From NCBI RefSeq assembly GCF_036321535.1, contig NC_087437.1, positions 64,110,001 through 64,174,000 of the forward strand: a DNA stretch of 64,000 nucleotides. Direction: 5' to 3'. Below the pieces are notes generated by a model. It made no database searches, was not told the DNA's origin, and worked only from the letters and a program-made list of their open reading frames with translations. This stretch comes from Camelus dromedarius. Taxonomy: Eukaryota. Positions 1-12,700 of this stretch are shown one piece after another. The stretch's first letter is position 1. The number at the start of each line of letters is the position of its first letter. The translations under genes were made by a program, and so were the position numbers.

Positions 1-931
1 AGGCAGGCATCTGGGCCCGAGGGCTGCCCCCCATACACGGGAGAATCATCCCAGAGCGAAACAAAAGTTCTGAGGGTTGTGACCAAGTTCAGTCAGGTGC
101 TAGAGTGGGCCACTGCCTCCCAAGGACACACTAAGCCTTTTCTCTGCTCATGTCAAGCTAAGGTTGGACTCTTCTCCCCAGCTGTGGAATCAACACTCAG
201 CCACTCCACAGCATCCTTGGACTTCTCAGATGCCTCAGTCTGTCCACCCAGGCTTCATGCGTGACATTCCCAGACCTCACAGCCTGGATGTGGCCAAGGA
301 GGGTGTGTGGTTCTCATGATGATCCTCCTGCCTGACTCTCCTCCCTCCAAGCTCCGCTAGGCTTCCTGCTGGTGACCATCCCTTACAGCCTGATTTGACC
401 ATCATCTCTGAAGTCTGGACATGTTCTGGTTGTAAGAGTCCACGTATCCAGCACCCCTGAATGGGAAAGGAGAACTTTGGTAGCTGTGTTACTGATGACA
501 ACGTGAAGTACTAAGAACAACCAAGAACAGAGTCCCCTAGAACTCCTTTCCTGAAGCAGGAAATTTTTTCTGTAGGGCAAGATCAGGCGCTGGAAAGGGG
601 ACTCTGAATCTGTTCTCACAAGAGAATACACAGTGGCCAGATAGGGGGAGGCTGTTCTTCCAAGCAGGGTGGCAACAGATGAGGGGGGAGAGGAGGTTCA
701 AAAACAGCCAGGAGCAGTTACAGAAGCAGAGAGAAGAAACCAGGAAGCTGAACTCTGCTCAACAATATGGATGCATAGTTACAGAAAATGGAGAAGTTTC
801 AATGCACAGTGAACTCAATTCAGAAGACTGCAGTCACCTGGGAATCACGTCACACATCCTTCCCTGAGGTTCCTTGTTTGGAAAAGGTGGGTGATGAGAC
901 TATTACAGGGCTCTTAAGAGAACTGACTGAG

Positions 932-1475
932 TTCACAGCAGGATTATTTACAATAGCCAAGACATGGAAGCAACCTAAATGTCCATCAACAGGTGACTGG
1001 ACAAAGAAGTTGTGGTATATTTATACAATGGAATACTACTCAACTATAAAAAAGAATGAAATAATGCAATGTAGATGGACCTAGAGATTATCATACTAAA
1101 TGACGTAAGTTAGAGAAAGACAAATACCATATGATATCACTTATATGTGGAATCTAAAAAAAAAATGACACAAATGAACTTTATTTGTAAAACAGAAACA
1201 AGACCCACAGATATAGAAAACAAACTGCTGGTTACCAAAGCAGAAAGGAGAGGGGAAGGGATAAATTAGGAGTTTGGAATTAGCATATACTATATACAGA
1301 ACAGACAAACAGCAAGGTTCTACTGTATAGCACAGGGGACTATATTCAATAGTTTGTAATAAGCTATAATGTAAAAGAATATGAAAAAGAATATATATAT
1401 ATATATATATAACTGAACCACTATGCTGTACACCAGAAACTAATACAACATTATAAATCAACTATTAAAAAAAGA
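932..1475 (+). mobile_element. 5'-truncated LINE-1 (end of ORF2 plus 3' UTR) with target-site duplication, inserted into a MIR-like fragment
   Basis: ORF track shows FTIAKTWKQPKCPSTGDWTKKLWYIYTMEYYS (L1 ORF2 C-terminus); A-tail; TSD AACTGACTGAG (921-931) / AACTGAATGAG (1481-1491); internal (TA)n ~1392-1410. Confidence 0.92.
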
Positions 1476-2184
1476 GAAGGAACTGAATGAGATGACCCAT
1501 GTCAAATTTTAGCATGAAACTGAGGCTCATATTCCTTATTTCCTCCCAAATCCTGGGTGATGGGAGCCACCTGTACCTCTGGTGGCTCCATCCCTAGAGG
1601 TATCCAAACACGTCTTCTCAAGTGTTTTAAGTGCCTAGCTCAGTGCCTGGCATATAGCAGGCACACAGCAAATGTCTGCTAAATTTTCTTTTTTTCTCCC
1701 AGCTCATTTTGGGATGCTACAAGGAATACAGGGAAAATAAGCCTTAGACAGAACTTACTAGAAGCCCTGGAACCCTCCAAAAGCCCTTCTGCTCATTTCC
1801 TCAGACTGATTCAGCAATTTCAGTAATAACTGTCTACTTTAAAGTTCTTTTTTTCTATATGTCTAATTGATCTCCCTAGTGTCAGTGCACATTCACAAGA
1901 TTAATCTCCCACATCCTTCTCTTTCATTACATCACTTCCCTGCACAGAACCTTTCAATTCCACTGAATGCAGGCTAAAGTCTCACTCCACACTCAAAGAC
2001 CATATGGTCCCTCTCTCATTTTTGAATTCTTCCTTACAAAACCTTTAATTGTACACCTGTTAGGGTCTAGATTTTTCACTCTCCCCAGAATGAGTCAGTC
2101 TGAGATTTCTGCACAAGCAGGAGGTTGGACCGTTTGCCATCTGAGGCCCCTCGCACATGCCAATGTACCACAATGGCTCGGCAC

Positions 2185-2345
2185 GTGAGCTCTGGGTCAG
2201 GATGCTGGGCTTCAATCCTAACTCCCCTCTCAGCAGATGATTCCCCCGAACAAGCCACAGTTGCCTCTGTGCCTCAGTTTCCTCATCTGCAGCCCTCTTC
2301 TCTGGTTGCTGAGCAGCTTAATGGGACAGTGTAAGTATCTACAAC
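2185..2345. mobile_element. MIR SINE fragment
   Basis: ctgggcttcaatcct...ctctgtgcctcagtttcctcatctg MIR core. Confidence 0.65.
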
Positions 2346-3719
2346 ACCCAAAATCTGTTCGCTGTGTTCACTACCACCACTAAGAGGCTCTGCATATCTG
2401 CTCACATTCCCAGAACACACACTGTGCCCGACTCCAGTCTTCCAGACCCTCAGCTCACGACGCCCACTCCCCCTCGTCTCCCTCCCAAGACTCAGCTGTC
2501 CTTTGAGGCAAATCACATCCCGCCTCCACGGTGGCCTTTCCAAACCACCTCTGCTTGTGATGGGCTCAACTCTGTGAGTTTCTGTAGCACTGCTGACCAC
2601 CTTGAGGGTGTTTATTAGTTAACAAGATAAACATTTTTTAAAATAACCACTTACACTTTTGAAGTTTGTGCATCTGAAGGAGGCAAAACTGGTCTCAACT
2701 TAAGGAGAAGTTATGCCACAGCGCTCGACACTGAACCACGTGAGCTCAGGGCCGTTCACTTGGCACGACACACTCCTCGTCATATTCAGCCCATGTTCTG
2801 ATGAGAACAATCACGGAAGTTCCACAAAGCGGGAGCATGTGAGCTAGTGGTCAAGGACAGGGAGATTTCTACAGATGTTCCAGGAAAAGAAAATGATGGC
2901 AAGACAAGCCAAGATGTGGCTCAAGAAATGGAGGCCATGCCGATTTTAAGCGCAGGACACACAGAAGGGAATAGTGAGAGAAGGCCAGGCCAGATCACCG
3001 AGGTCGCTGTGGACCAGGATTTAATGCCTAAGAAACCAGGACCTTCTTCAGGAGACGCTGGAGAGATACTGGAGGTTTCCCAGCTGTGCTTTTTTGCAGT
3101 ATAAGGCTGAGCTGTAAGGGGAGAGCCATGGGTTAGAAGGCCAAGGCAGCTGTCTTTGGCCACCACCCTGTGCGGGCTAACCAGGGCCTGGCCCAGGGCG
3201 GTGGGCTGTGAGAGGAGAACGATGTGAGGGGGAGAGATGGAGATGATGGCCTGGCAAAAAGGCACACTGGCAGAGGAGCCTGGGGTGCTCGGAGGAGCCA
3301 TGGAGGGAACCTGGCAGTCTGCCATGTGGGAAGACAATGAATTTCATTTTAGACAACCTGCATTTGGGACACAGGGAGAAAAACTCAGACCAAGATATCA
3401 AGCAAGCAGTCTGACACATGGGTCTGGAGCTTAGAGGCTCTGGCTCCACAGAGCTACATTTTGTTGAAGCTACAGACATAGGTAAAAATCACTGAGTGAC
3501 GAACCATACGAGACAAGGACAGCACAGTGCCAGGTCCTTGCTCCAACATGTTCATGAGAAAGAAAAGAGGGCGGGGTGGAAAGCAGCACCTTGGGAGCAC
3601 CCCCATTTAGTGAATGGAAGGACCAGTAAGCCCAGAGCAGTGAGGGCAGGGGTAGGGGGTGTTGGCCATCTGTAACTGAGAAGTGTCTGCAGGTTACAGC
3701 GCTGTCTCCGTACACCAGC

Positions 3720-3890
3720 CCATTCATTCTTCCAACAACCCAGGAAGGTGGGCAGGGCCGGCATTACCATCCCCATTTTACAGACAGGAAAACAGAGGCT
3801 CCAAAGCTATTTGTTCAAGATCTCCCACCCAGTTAGTGACAGCCAGCACCACAGCCTGATGGGCACAAATCTGTCACCAAGACTGACCCA
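3720..3890. mobile_element. MIR SINE fragment
   Basis: atccccattttacagacaggaaaacagaggctc...caagatctcccacccagttagtg MIR core. Confidence 0.65.
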
Positions 3891-5781
3891 TTTCACTGTT
3901 CACATCCAGATGACACATCGTGGCCAAGGTTAACAAAAGACTGTGTAGACATCGATAACTGGCAAGGCTGGGAAGAGGAGGAAGATGGGGATGGGCTCGT
4001 TCTGACAGTTCCTCTGAGACAGGGAGCAGCAGTGGCTGCCGACAAAGACGTCAATTAGCAGGAGTAGATGGCACAGATGCTGATGATTCACCAGACTTCA
4101 GTGACAGCAGAAAAAGAGGCAGATCTGAGTTTGGAAAATGGCAAAGGCTGTGCATCCCTGACCCACCCTGGCTTCCGTCTTAATGACATCATCAGATTGG
4201 ACACCTCCCAAGAAGGAGGAAGGTTTCTAAGCCCTGCCACAGACATGGCCAGCCAAAAAAGAGCTCAAGGGTGACAGAATAAGGAGGAGATGGGAGGTAC
4301 TAATCCAGCTGGACTGCAGCAGTGGGGAGGGGTATACTTTTGATTTCTGGGGACTAGCAGCCCATCTCTGCCCGGTGTATGAGGCCAGAAAGGAATCCAC
4401 GCCTCTGGCTGCCCTGTTCCTGGGGAGAGGTAAGTAGAACAAAAAACCCCAAGCAAGAAAATACAGAAGCAATGAAATGGATGAGTTCATGTAAAACAGA
4501 TCCTTGGGCTGAGGTAACTAACACACCCAACCAAAGCCAGGCTTGACCAGCTGGGCTCTCTGAGTACCCAGACAATCCCACTCACTTTTCTAGAACATTG
4601 TCTAGGGAACTGGGAGGGTCACCTTTTACATTTCTTGAGCTGGTCCCAGGCAGGAAAAGCAGGAACTGTTTTTGGTTTTTTTCTCTTTTGGAAGCAGTAC
4701 CCTTAATGCACGTGATCTTCATGGCTAACCTTGCAAAAGAGCCTCATGTGAACCCTGGGCCAAGGAGGAGGCTTCTGTTCCACAAATATCCTTCCCACTT
4801 TGCCTCTGTCCTTCATAACTGATGTTCCGAATTCCTTTAAAAAGGGGAACATCGCTTTTAATGTAAATATAGAGCTTAAAATAAAATGTGCCCAGGAGCA
4901 GTAACCACATACTCATTCACTCATTAGCACGCGTCGGGCACCTACTCTGAGTGTGGCTGTGTGCTCTGTGCTGAAGAAACAAATGCGGATCAAAGCCCCT
5001 GGGCTCCACGAGCTCACATCTCAGTGGGAGTATCTTACTACTGGTGCACAAAGTGATCCGGAACACAAGCCGACCTGACCGTGCATGGCAGGGACAGGCC
5101 CTGGGGGAGCACTGGAGGGACCTGGAGAAATGCTGAGTTTGGCAGATAGAATCTTCCAGAAGGTCCACAAGACTGGCACCAAGCCATCGCCTGCTCTGAC
5201 GGGGCTGGCCAGCTAGTTCATGATTTGATCAGGGCTAGATCTCATCACCTTCCACTGCACTACAGTTTGGAGGTTGAGCTGAGCAGCTGTCTAAGTGAAT
5301 GCAGGTGTAATAGGAGAACTCTCTGGGTAATTAAGTCTTTTCTCCAGGCGAAGTAATCTCAAAATATAGTATCTACTGAGGCTGCAAAATGTGAAGAGAA
5401 ACTTCCCCAGAGTGATGTATGTGCGCCCCAGGGCCAAACGTCTCCAGGCACGTTGCTAAAAATTCGTTATTCAGAAACAAGCAGGACCTCGGTGTCGTCC
5501 CAGAAATGAGGTCAAAAGGGAAAGCGCCTGGTTCTTTGCAACCCAGTCTTGGCCACCATGCTCAGGTGCTGCCGCTTAAACTTTTTACATTGACTTTGAA
5601 CTATTCATCAGCTTAATTTGATCCATTAAGATCATGATGCAGTTTTAAGATCTCAGGACTCCTTTAATGGGACTTTGGCCAGCCCTACAAGAGATGGCTC
5701 CTCCCAATGACCTTTCATGAAAGGCATATGGATTTTTCCATGCTCATCAGAGGAGCTAGCAGTTATTTTTCTGTTGTCACC

Positions 5782-5850
5782 AAAACCAAAAAACAAAAAA
5801 CAAAACAAAACAAAAAAACCACCCAAAAACCAACCAAACAAAAACCCTAA
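5782..5850 (+). repeat. A-rich (CAAAA)n-like simple repeat
   Basis: aaaaccaaaaaacaaaaaacaaaacaaaacaaaaaaacc... Confidence 0.8.
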
Positions 5851-6708
5851 AACCTCTGTGGCTCAGGGTAAGTGCCAAAATGGACAGATCTATAGCACAG
5901 AAGAGGTAAGCCTGGCGGGTAAGAGGAGATACAGAGATGACCAGGACCATCAGTGAATGATGCTCAGCCCTAGGTGAGGTCTGACGGCCCGGACTCCCCT
6001 CCTTCCTCACTGACCATCCTGGCTGCTCCTACTTCTCTAAGGCTCATTTCCTCAGTGGCTCCCCATTCCCCCTTTTGTCCTTAAAGGTGGACATCCCTGA
6101 GACACCCATCTACTGCCCACTCCTCCGGCACACTCTCCTTCAGAGAAGACTGCACGCTCAGCTCTCTGGCTCCCCATCTGGACCACCTCTCACTGCTGTG
6201 GTTCCAGTGTCTTTCCTGCCCCACAGGAACCACAGAGCCCTGCAAGCCTGGCCAGGATACTGCCCCATGGACCCGCTTGTTCTTTGGGCCCATCTCTGGT
6301 GTAACTGTGCCCCTTTCTTCTCCACTGGGTTCCTTGGCATCAATAGCCTCAGCCCACTCTGGAGACTAGCCCCTGTCACTCTGGACCCCTGACAGTCTGC
6401 TCTTGGCCCCTGGCCTCCCAGCAACACCGCATGTGCTTCTTGCTGGTTTCTTGGCTATTTCATCACAGTTGCCTACCTCTCCTGGTCCAAACAATTCAGG
6501 GGGTTCTCAATGTCCACTGAGGACAGGTCTCTGAACCACATGCCGGGGCAGCAGGGGCACAGTAATAAAGTCCTCATAATTTCAAAATCTGCCCTCTCCG
6601 CCCACCCCACTACCCATACTCCATTGTCTCCCCAAGTGAGAGGAAGAAGGCGAGAACCAACCAGCCAGCCAGCCAGCCGGCTCTGCCCAGCCCATGGCGT
6701 TCACTTAC

Positions 6709-6776
6709 AAACTGGCCTCGCAGCTGGGTCGCAGCCTTCTGGAAATGCGGCATTGTCCTCTTGCACAAGCTGCACC
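6709..6776 (-). CDS. PDIA5: PDIA5 exon 8 (WCSLCKRTMPHFQKAATQLRGQF; first CXXC active site)
   Basis: 68 nt; acceptor gaccag|GG, donor TTT|gtaagt. Confidence 0.96.
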
Positions 6777-9700
6777 CTGGTCACCAGCAGGAGAAAAACC
6801 AAAGTGGTTACAATGGGCCCAAAGCCCCGCCCTCTCCCCCCTCCCGACCTTTACCAACAGCCTTTATGCCGCCTCCAGAAGTGCGGGACCACCCCAGACT
6901 CTGGGAACACACAGAACAAAGCAGAGGCCCCGGCCCCCAAGGAGTTTCCAATCTCAACGCATGAAACAGGACCAAGGCCAGCAGTCACTCAATAAATGTG
7001 GGACTAAGGAAACAGGGCCCAGCTGGGGGAGGGCAAAGTACTGAATAATTCAGAGCTGATAATGAGTTCAACAGGAATTCAGGGAGCCAGAGCAGGTGCC
7101 AGGAAGGCACCCCTTCACCACGCATAGCTAAAAGCCTCCCTTCGGTGCCCCTGCCCAGCCAGGGGCTGCAGATGCACCTAAATTGAATGCCATTAGGAGG
7201 AAAATTGTGCAAACACAAATGGCTTTGGGGATTTCGTGCCTCTTTTCTTTCATTAACAAGGACAACCACATTATGACTGGAGGTGGCCAAGCACCAATCA
7301 GGACCGACACTTGAATCCTCATCTTCCCCCATCTGCTGGATGGCCCCAGACAGGTCACCTCCTCTCTCTGGGCCGCTGCCCCTTCTGGCAATGATGGGCC
7401 AGATGACCTCAGGCCCCTCCCAGCCCTGACTTGGGACTCTGAGATGTCTTTGGCTCAGTCCACACTGGGTTCTGTGGTCCACCACCGTCACACTCCCCTG
7501 CTGGGTGGTGAAGCCTTCAGAGACTCAGGGCCAAGACAGCCAGGTCCCAAACACCTACTGCTACCTCAGAGTGACCCTGATCTAAACCACCCCTCGCCTT
7601 CAACCAGAGCAAGACACATACAGGCACTGACCCCGCAGGACACGAGCAGCGGTTTCCTCAGACACAAGGAACTCAAACATGCCAGGCCGTTACTCTTTCT
7701 GACAGATGCGCTGCTGCAAAACAGGATTTGAGCTGCCTCTTAAGGCCACAGACACCAAAGCTGCCTGGAGCCCTGTGTCAGGCTGGAGGCTCATTTCAAC
7801 ATGGCACAGCGGGGACAGGGCTATGTGGCAGCAGGCTGACAAGCTCTAATCCACACTCAGCTAATGCCTTGGCAGGCCGTGGGCAGAGTAGTACAGATCA
7901 GAGGGGTGCTCTCAACCATGGAGACAGAAACAGACACTGAAAAACTGTGAGCAGGTCAAAACTCCCCAGGGACCACCTGAACCTCCCCAGCACCAATTCT
8001 ACTGCACAAGATGTGATGCAGGATATCCTGACATTAAACTCTCAAAATGCCCACGGCCCCCTCCCTGACACTCCTGCCTTGGGGACAGATGCACACACAC
8101 ACCAGCACATTCAGCCTGGGCTTAAGTTCAGGCTCAGACTTGGGGAACGCAGGAGGCTGGGGCAAGGTCAGCTTGCAGTGCAATCCTACAGCATCTGTCC
8201 TCAGAAGACAAGGAGCTGCCACCACAGCATGACCCTCACAAGCTCCAGGAAGGGAGGAATATGACACGGGTCAGGGGGCTTTGTTCCCACTGTGGGGATT
8301 TCCACTGTGGGGAGAGGAGAATGGAAACAGACAGTGATGCCAACTCCCTGGGAAGCCTGGGCTGCACCAGGTGGATGCCACGCAGAGGCAGAGGAAGGGG
8401 CTCAGCTCTGGGGAGAATGAGACCAAGGTACGCATCTCCCCTTGACCACTGCTGTGTGTGACCGTGGGCTAGTGCTGTGAGTCATCTGAGCCTCAGCTTC
8501 CCCTTCTGTGGAGACGGCATGTGCCCTGCAGGCTGAGGGGCAGAGCCAACACCCAGGAGGGCAGGCAGAACCAGGCACCAGCAGGGCAGGTTCTACAACA
8601 CAAGGCCTGAGAGTCTGCCTCCCAGTCTGTGGTGGGGAGACACTCCCACAGGGACCAGAGGGTGTCACTCCACCCCCAGGAGGGAGGATGACGGGGGGCA
8701 CACTTGCAGCCCTTCCCCCATTCCTTGCTCAGTGACTTGATGAGATGGGGGAGTCTGGCACCCAGTGGGTCACATCTCAGCGGTCAGGAGCTTAATTTAC
8801 TGCTTGTCCTCACCGGCGCGGCCTCTCTCTCTTCCAGCAAGGCCTGTCGTCCGCCTGCAGCAACATTAGCCCCCACATCCCCTGAAGAAGTGGTCAGTCA
8901 GCCAGCTGTCCCCGTGGGTGGAAGCCAGCAGCATGGGGTGAAGAAGGTATGGGGGAAAGAGGTGATGGAAGACTAACAGGGAGCTGCAGACCAAGCCAGT
9001 TTCCACCTGACCAAAAACAGAGCTGGAACTGAGTTTAGCCTTCAACTGGTTCACCTGGGAGGCAGGGGAAGAGAAGACTAATTACCACTCTAAAATCCCA
9101 AAAGTGAGCACACCAGCCCTTTTACTTCCTCATTAATTCAGTCAACAGTCACTGAATAAACAATAGGTCCTGTGGACCTAGACGTCTGGTCACAACTAAA
9201 GGCTCCCACTGCCTTTGGGCTCATTCATCCTGTGATCAAAGCACTATGAGCTCAACCACAAAACAGAAACAGACTCGCAGACATAGTAAACAATGTTACG
9301 GTCACCAGGGAAGGGAATGGAGACGGATAAATTTGGCAGTTTGAGATTTACAAATGTTAGCTACTAAATATAAAAATAGATTTAAAAAAAAGTTTCTGTT
9401 GTATAGCACAGGGAACTATGTCCAGTATTTTGTACTAACCCTTAATGAAAAAAAATATGAAAATGAATATATGTGTGTATATGCATTGACTGGGACATTG
9501 TGCTGTACACCAGAAATTGAAACACTGTAACTGATGGTACTTCAATTAAAAAAAAGATCAATTGTGATCAAAGGATCAAAGAGTCCTAAAAGACATCCCA
9601 GTCAGGGAACTGGTGTTTCCTAGGAATAAAATGAATTATGAGGCCAGGAGGGCTTGACTGGTCTAATATAATAAAAGCACGAGTTTGTTTCATTGAAAAC

Positions 9701-12700
9701 AACAGTAGCCACACAATCTGGGGCTACCCAGGACCCAAGAGGCCATCCAATCCGACCCCTCACCACAAGTAGTAAACTTAACAGCTCTGAGTTTTCTCCC
9801 CCCAACCCCATGACTAATTCCTAAAAGGAAACTAGCTTCTTCCCCCAGCTTTCTATTCTATAAAGATGATGATCTTGCTCACTGCTCTGCCTGCTCTGAT
9901 GAGGGGATGGCCGGGGGTTGGGGTCGGGGCACGGCACACGCACTCAGGTGCACACTGCTAGTGAACCACTCTCTGGAGGTCACACTGAAACCTGCACAGT
10001 TATACCATGATCCTGCCTTGTGACATGTACTGCATACTGACATCCACTCTGTTTTAGTCTCATTGACCAATGTGTTGAGACCAGCAGGGTTCTGAGACAA
10101 ACCAAAGGAGGCCCGTCCTCAAAAGGTTGTGCAGCCAAGAAGATCCCTCTGAGGTGAAACCAACCAACAAACGCTAATAGAGAGAATGACCCAGGGTTAA
10201 AGTGCAGACCGCCAGCCCAGAGCCACCTCTAACATGAAATGGGACACCAGAGCCTCTTTCCACGGGCAGGCACACCCATGGGGCAGTACGGTGTGGGGGG
10301 AGGTTGGGTGGGGGACTATCCAGCAGTCAACACGGACTGGGGAGAGGCTGCTGTCACTCTGAACAAGCCACAGGCCCAAGTCAGGCAGACCCACCAGAAT
10401 CCCATCGAAGGGTATCTGGCCCCAGGGTGAAGATGGGAGGGGCCTCTGCTGGGAGAACTTCTCAGGAAGGGGCACTGAAGGCGGGCTTTCAAGAATAAAC
10501 AAAACCCTGGTGTCACAGCCTGTGAAACCCACTTGAGTCACAGGCCTGGGCACACCCATCTCCCACCACTCACAGACCCTCTCGCTCCAGCCTTTAGTCC
10601 TTCGGCTTCCTGGATGCACATGCACTTCAAAAGTCATGGGTCTAAAGGCCGTACACAGGCTCTAATCCAGGGTTTCTCAGTCTGTAGGTGGGAACCAGAC
10701 TGCAGGGTGGCCCAGATGGGGAATATCTGTGGCTTTGCAGACACTGACTTTGCAGACTAGCCAATTCCACTGCTGGAGCTTGAAGACAGTCACAGACAAC
10801 CTGTAAACTAATAGATGTGACTGTGTTCCCACAAAATTTAATTTACAGTAAGAGGCAGTCAGCCCATGGGCCACGATTTGCTGACCCTTTATAATAGGGC
10901 TATGAATTAATAAGAAAAATTAATTTTTAAATAAAACAGTGTGTACTACATCTAGCTGAGTGGATGTCAAGTAGTAAGAGTGAGTATGGTTTTGTGACAC
11001 TTTTCAGCTTACTTATATACAGTTTACCTACAATTGTAGTAATGGGTTACAATGTAATATATGTTTAATACTATGAAATACAGTCAAAAAGTTTGAAAGC
11101 CACTGCTCTGATCCAGCCCCTTCCTTCCCTTAGAGAAATGGAACTGAGATACAGAGCAGTGAAGGATGTGACCAAGGTCACCCTGCTTGCTGGTGACATA
11201 GCTGGAATGAGTCCCCAGGTCTTCTGGTTGTCATCTCGATGGTCCTTCTGCTGTTCCCATGGTCTGTTGCCTCATACAGAGACCAAACCCAAATACCAGC
11301 CTCCTTCTCCCTGGTCCAGATTCCCTCAGCCCACCCAAGTGGCACTGGCAGGGGCACAAAGGAGCCAGCCAGGCTCTGGTGGTGAACAGCAGGAGCCCCT
11401 CAGACCCTCAGATCCTCCACAGGGCACACAGCGGCCAGGGAAGGGTGGTAGGCCCAACGGAGGCGGGGCCGGGAGGGCAGAGGTACCTGGAGCAGGTGGA
11501 GACCCGTCCTGCCACTAGTTGAAGAGGGCAGGATGCCAAATCTAGTGAGAGACGTGGAGGGGGAGATGGGGGTGGGGGAGCCAGATGAAACAGCAAAGAT
11601 GAAGGAAAAGAGGCACAGACAGAGAGGTGGGGTGCGGAAGTGCCTGGGCAATCTAAGTGAGAGGCAGGGGCTCAACTCCAGCATCCCCGCACCCACCAGC
11701 AGCCCCGCCAAGGGCCTGAACAATGACCTTGGGCCCCACGGAGGAAGTCACTCACAGGGAGAATAAAAGATGATGAGGATTGGCTTCTCCTCCTTCTTTA
11801 GGAGCCGTCTGAAGTCCTGAGGCACAAAAAGAGGACACCACAGGTCACACACAACATAGTAATGGAGGTGACGTTCCCCGCCCACCCCAAGACCCACATG
11901 GTGTGAGGAAACCCCAGGGTCTGACTTGGGGGGCACAGTGCAGAGTCTCAGCACACTGGGAGCTGAGATCATCCATTCTAGCCACCTGGCATGTTACAGA
12001 TGGGGAAACTGAGGTCCCGAGGGGACAAGTGGCTTTCCCAAGGCCACCTGGTGGGACCAAGCAGTCAGGACCAGGCTACTGGCCTCTCTGAGCTCCAGAT
12101 GAACAATTAAAGACTGCAAGGAGCAACCTGGTCCCAGGTTGGCCAGGCCACCCCTTCTTCATGTGATCTATGGAGCACGTTCTGTTGTGATGCGTGCTTG
12201 TTTTCATGGAGGCCTGACTTGGCCAGATGGGGACCTGCTCGTCACATAACACAGGGTTAACCCACCCCAAAGAACCTCTTCTCCCTGCCCAGCCCAACCA
12301 CACTGTCCAGGGCCCCAGAAGTCCACGGTGCACACAGCAGCATATGGATGAGATGAGATGTGCCCCCACCTCTAGGAGGCTACAAGCTGAATGGATCATT
12401 TGTATTTGTAAAACCCTTAGAACAGCGCCTGGTTCATTATCAGGCAATATATAATTATTTGTTAAATGAACACAATAAATGTAAAAAGACAAATGGTTGC
12501 AACAGTGCTAATGGAGAGACTTCAGCGTAAAGCAGGGTGGGAGACTTTTCTTCCAACCAGAAAAAGTGAATCTATCAAGGACTGTGGAGTAGCACGATGA
12601 CAGAGCATATTTTGATTAAAATAAGCTCCTCTAACCAGTTACCATGGAAGAAAATTCAAACTTCTCCTCTTTTGAATAGTAAGGAAAATAAGAAGAAATT

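Noticed and set aside
1..6708. Search for PDIA5 exon 9 (expected VLAGMN...PTICYFE)
   Set aside because: No matching sequence found; it presumably lies beyond the left edge, so there is no evidence of truncation or pseudogenisation
8287..8312. Short direct repeat CCACTGTGGGGA x2
   Set aside because: Two 12-mers only; no array structure or supporting context
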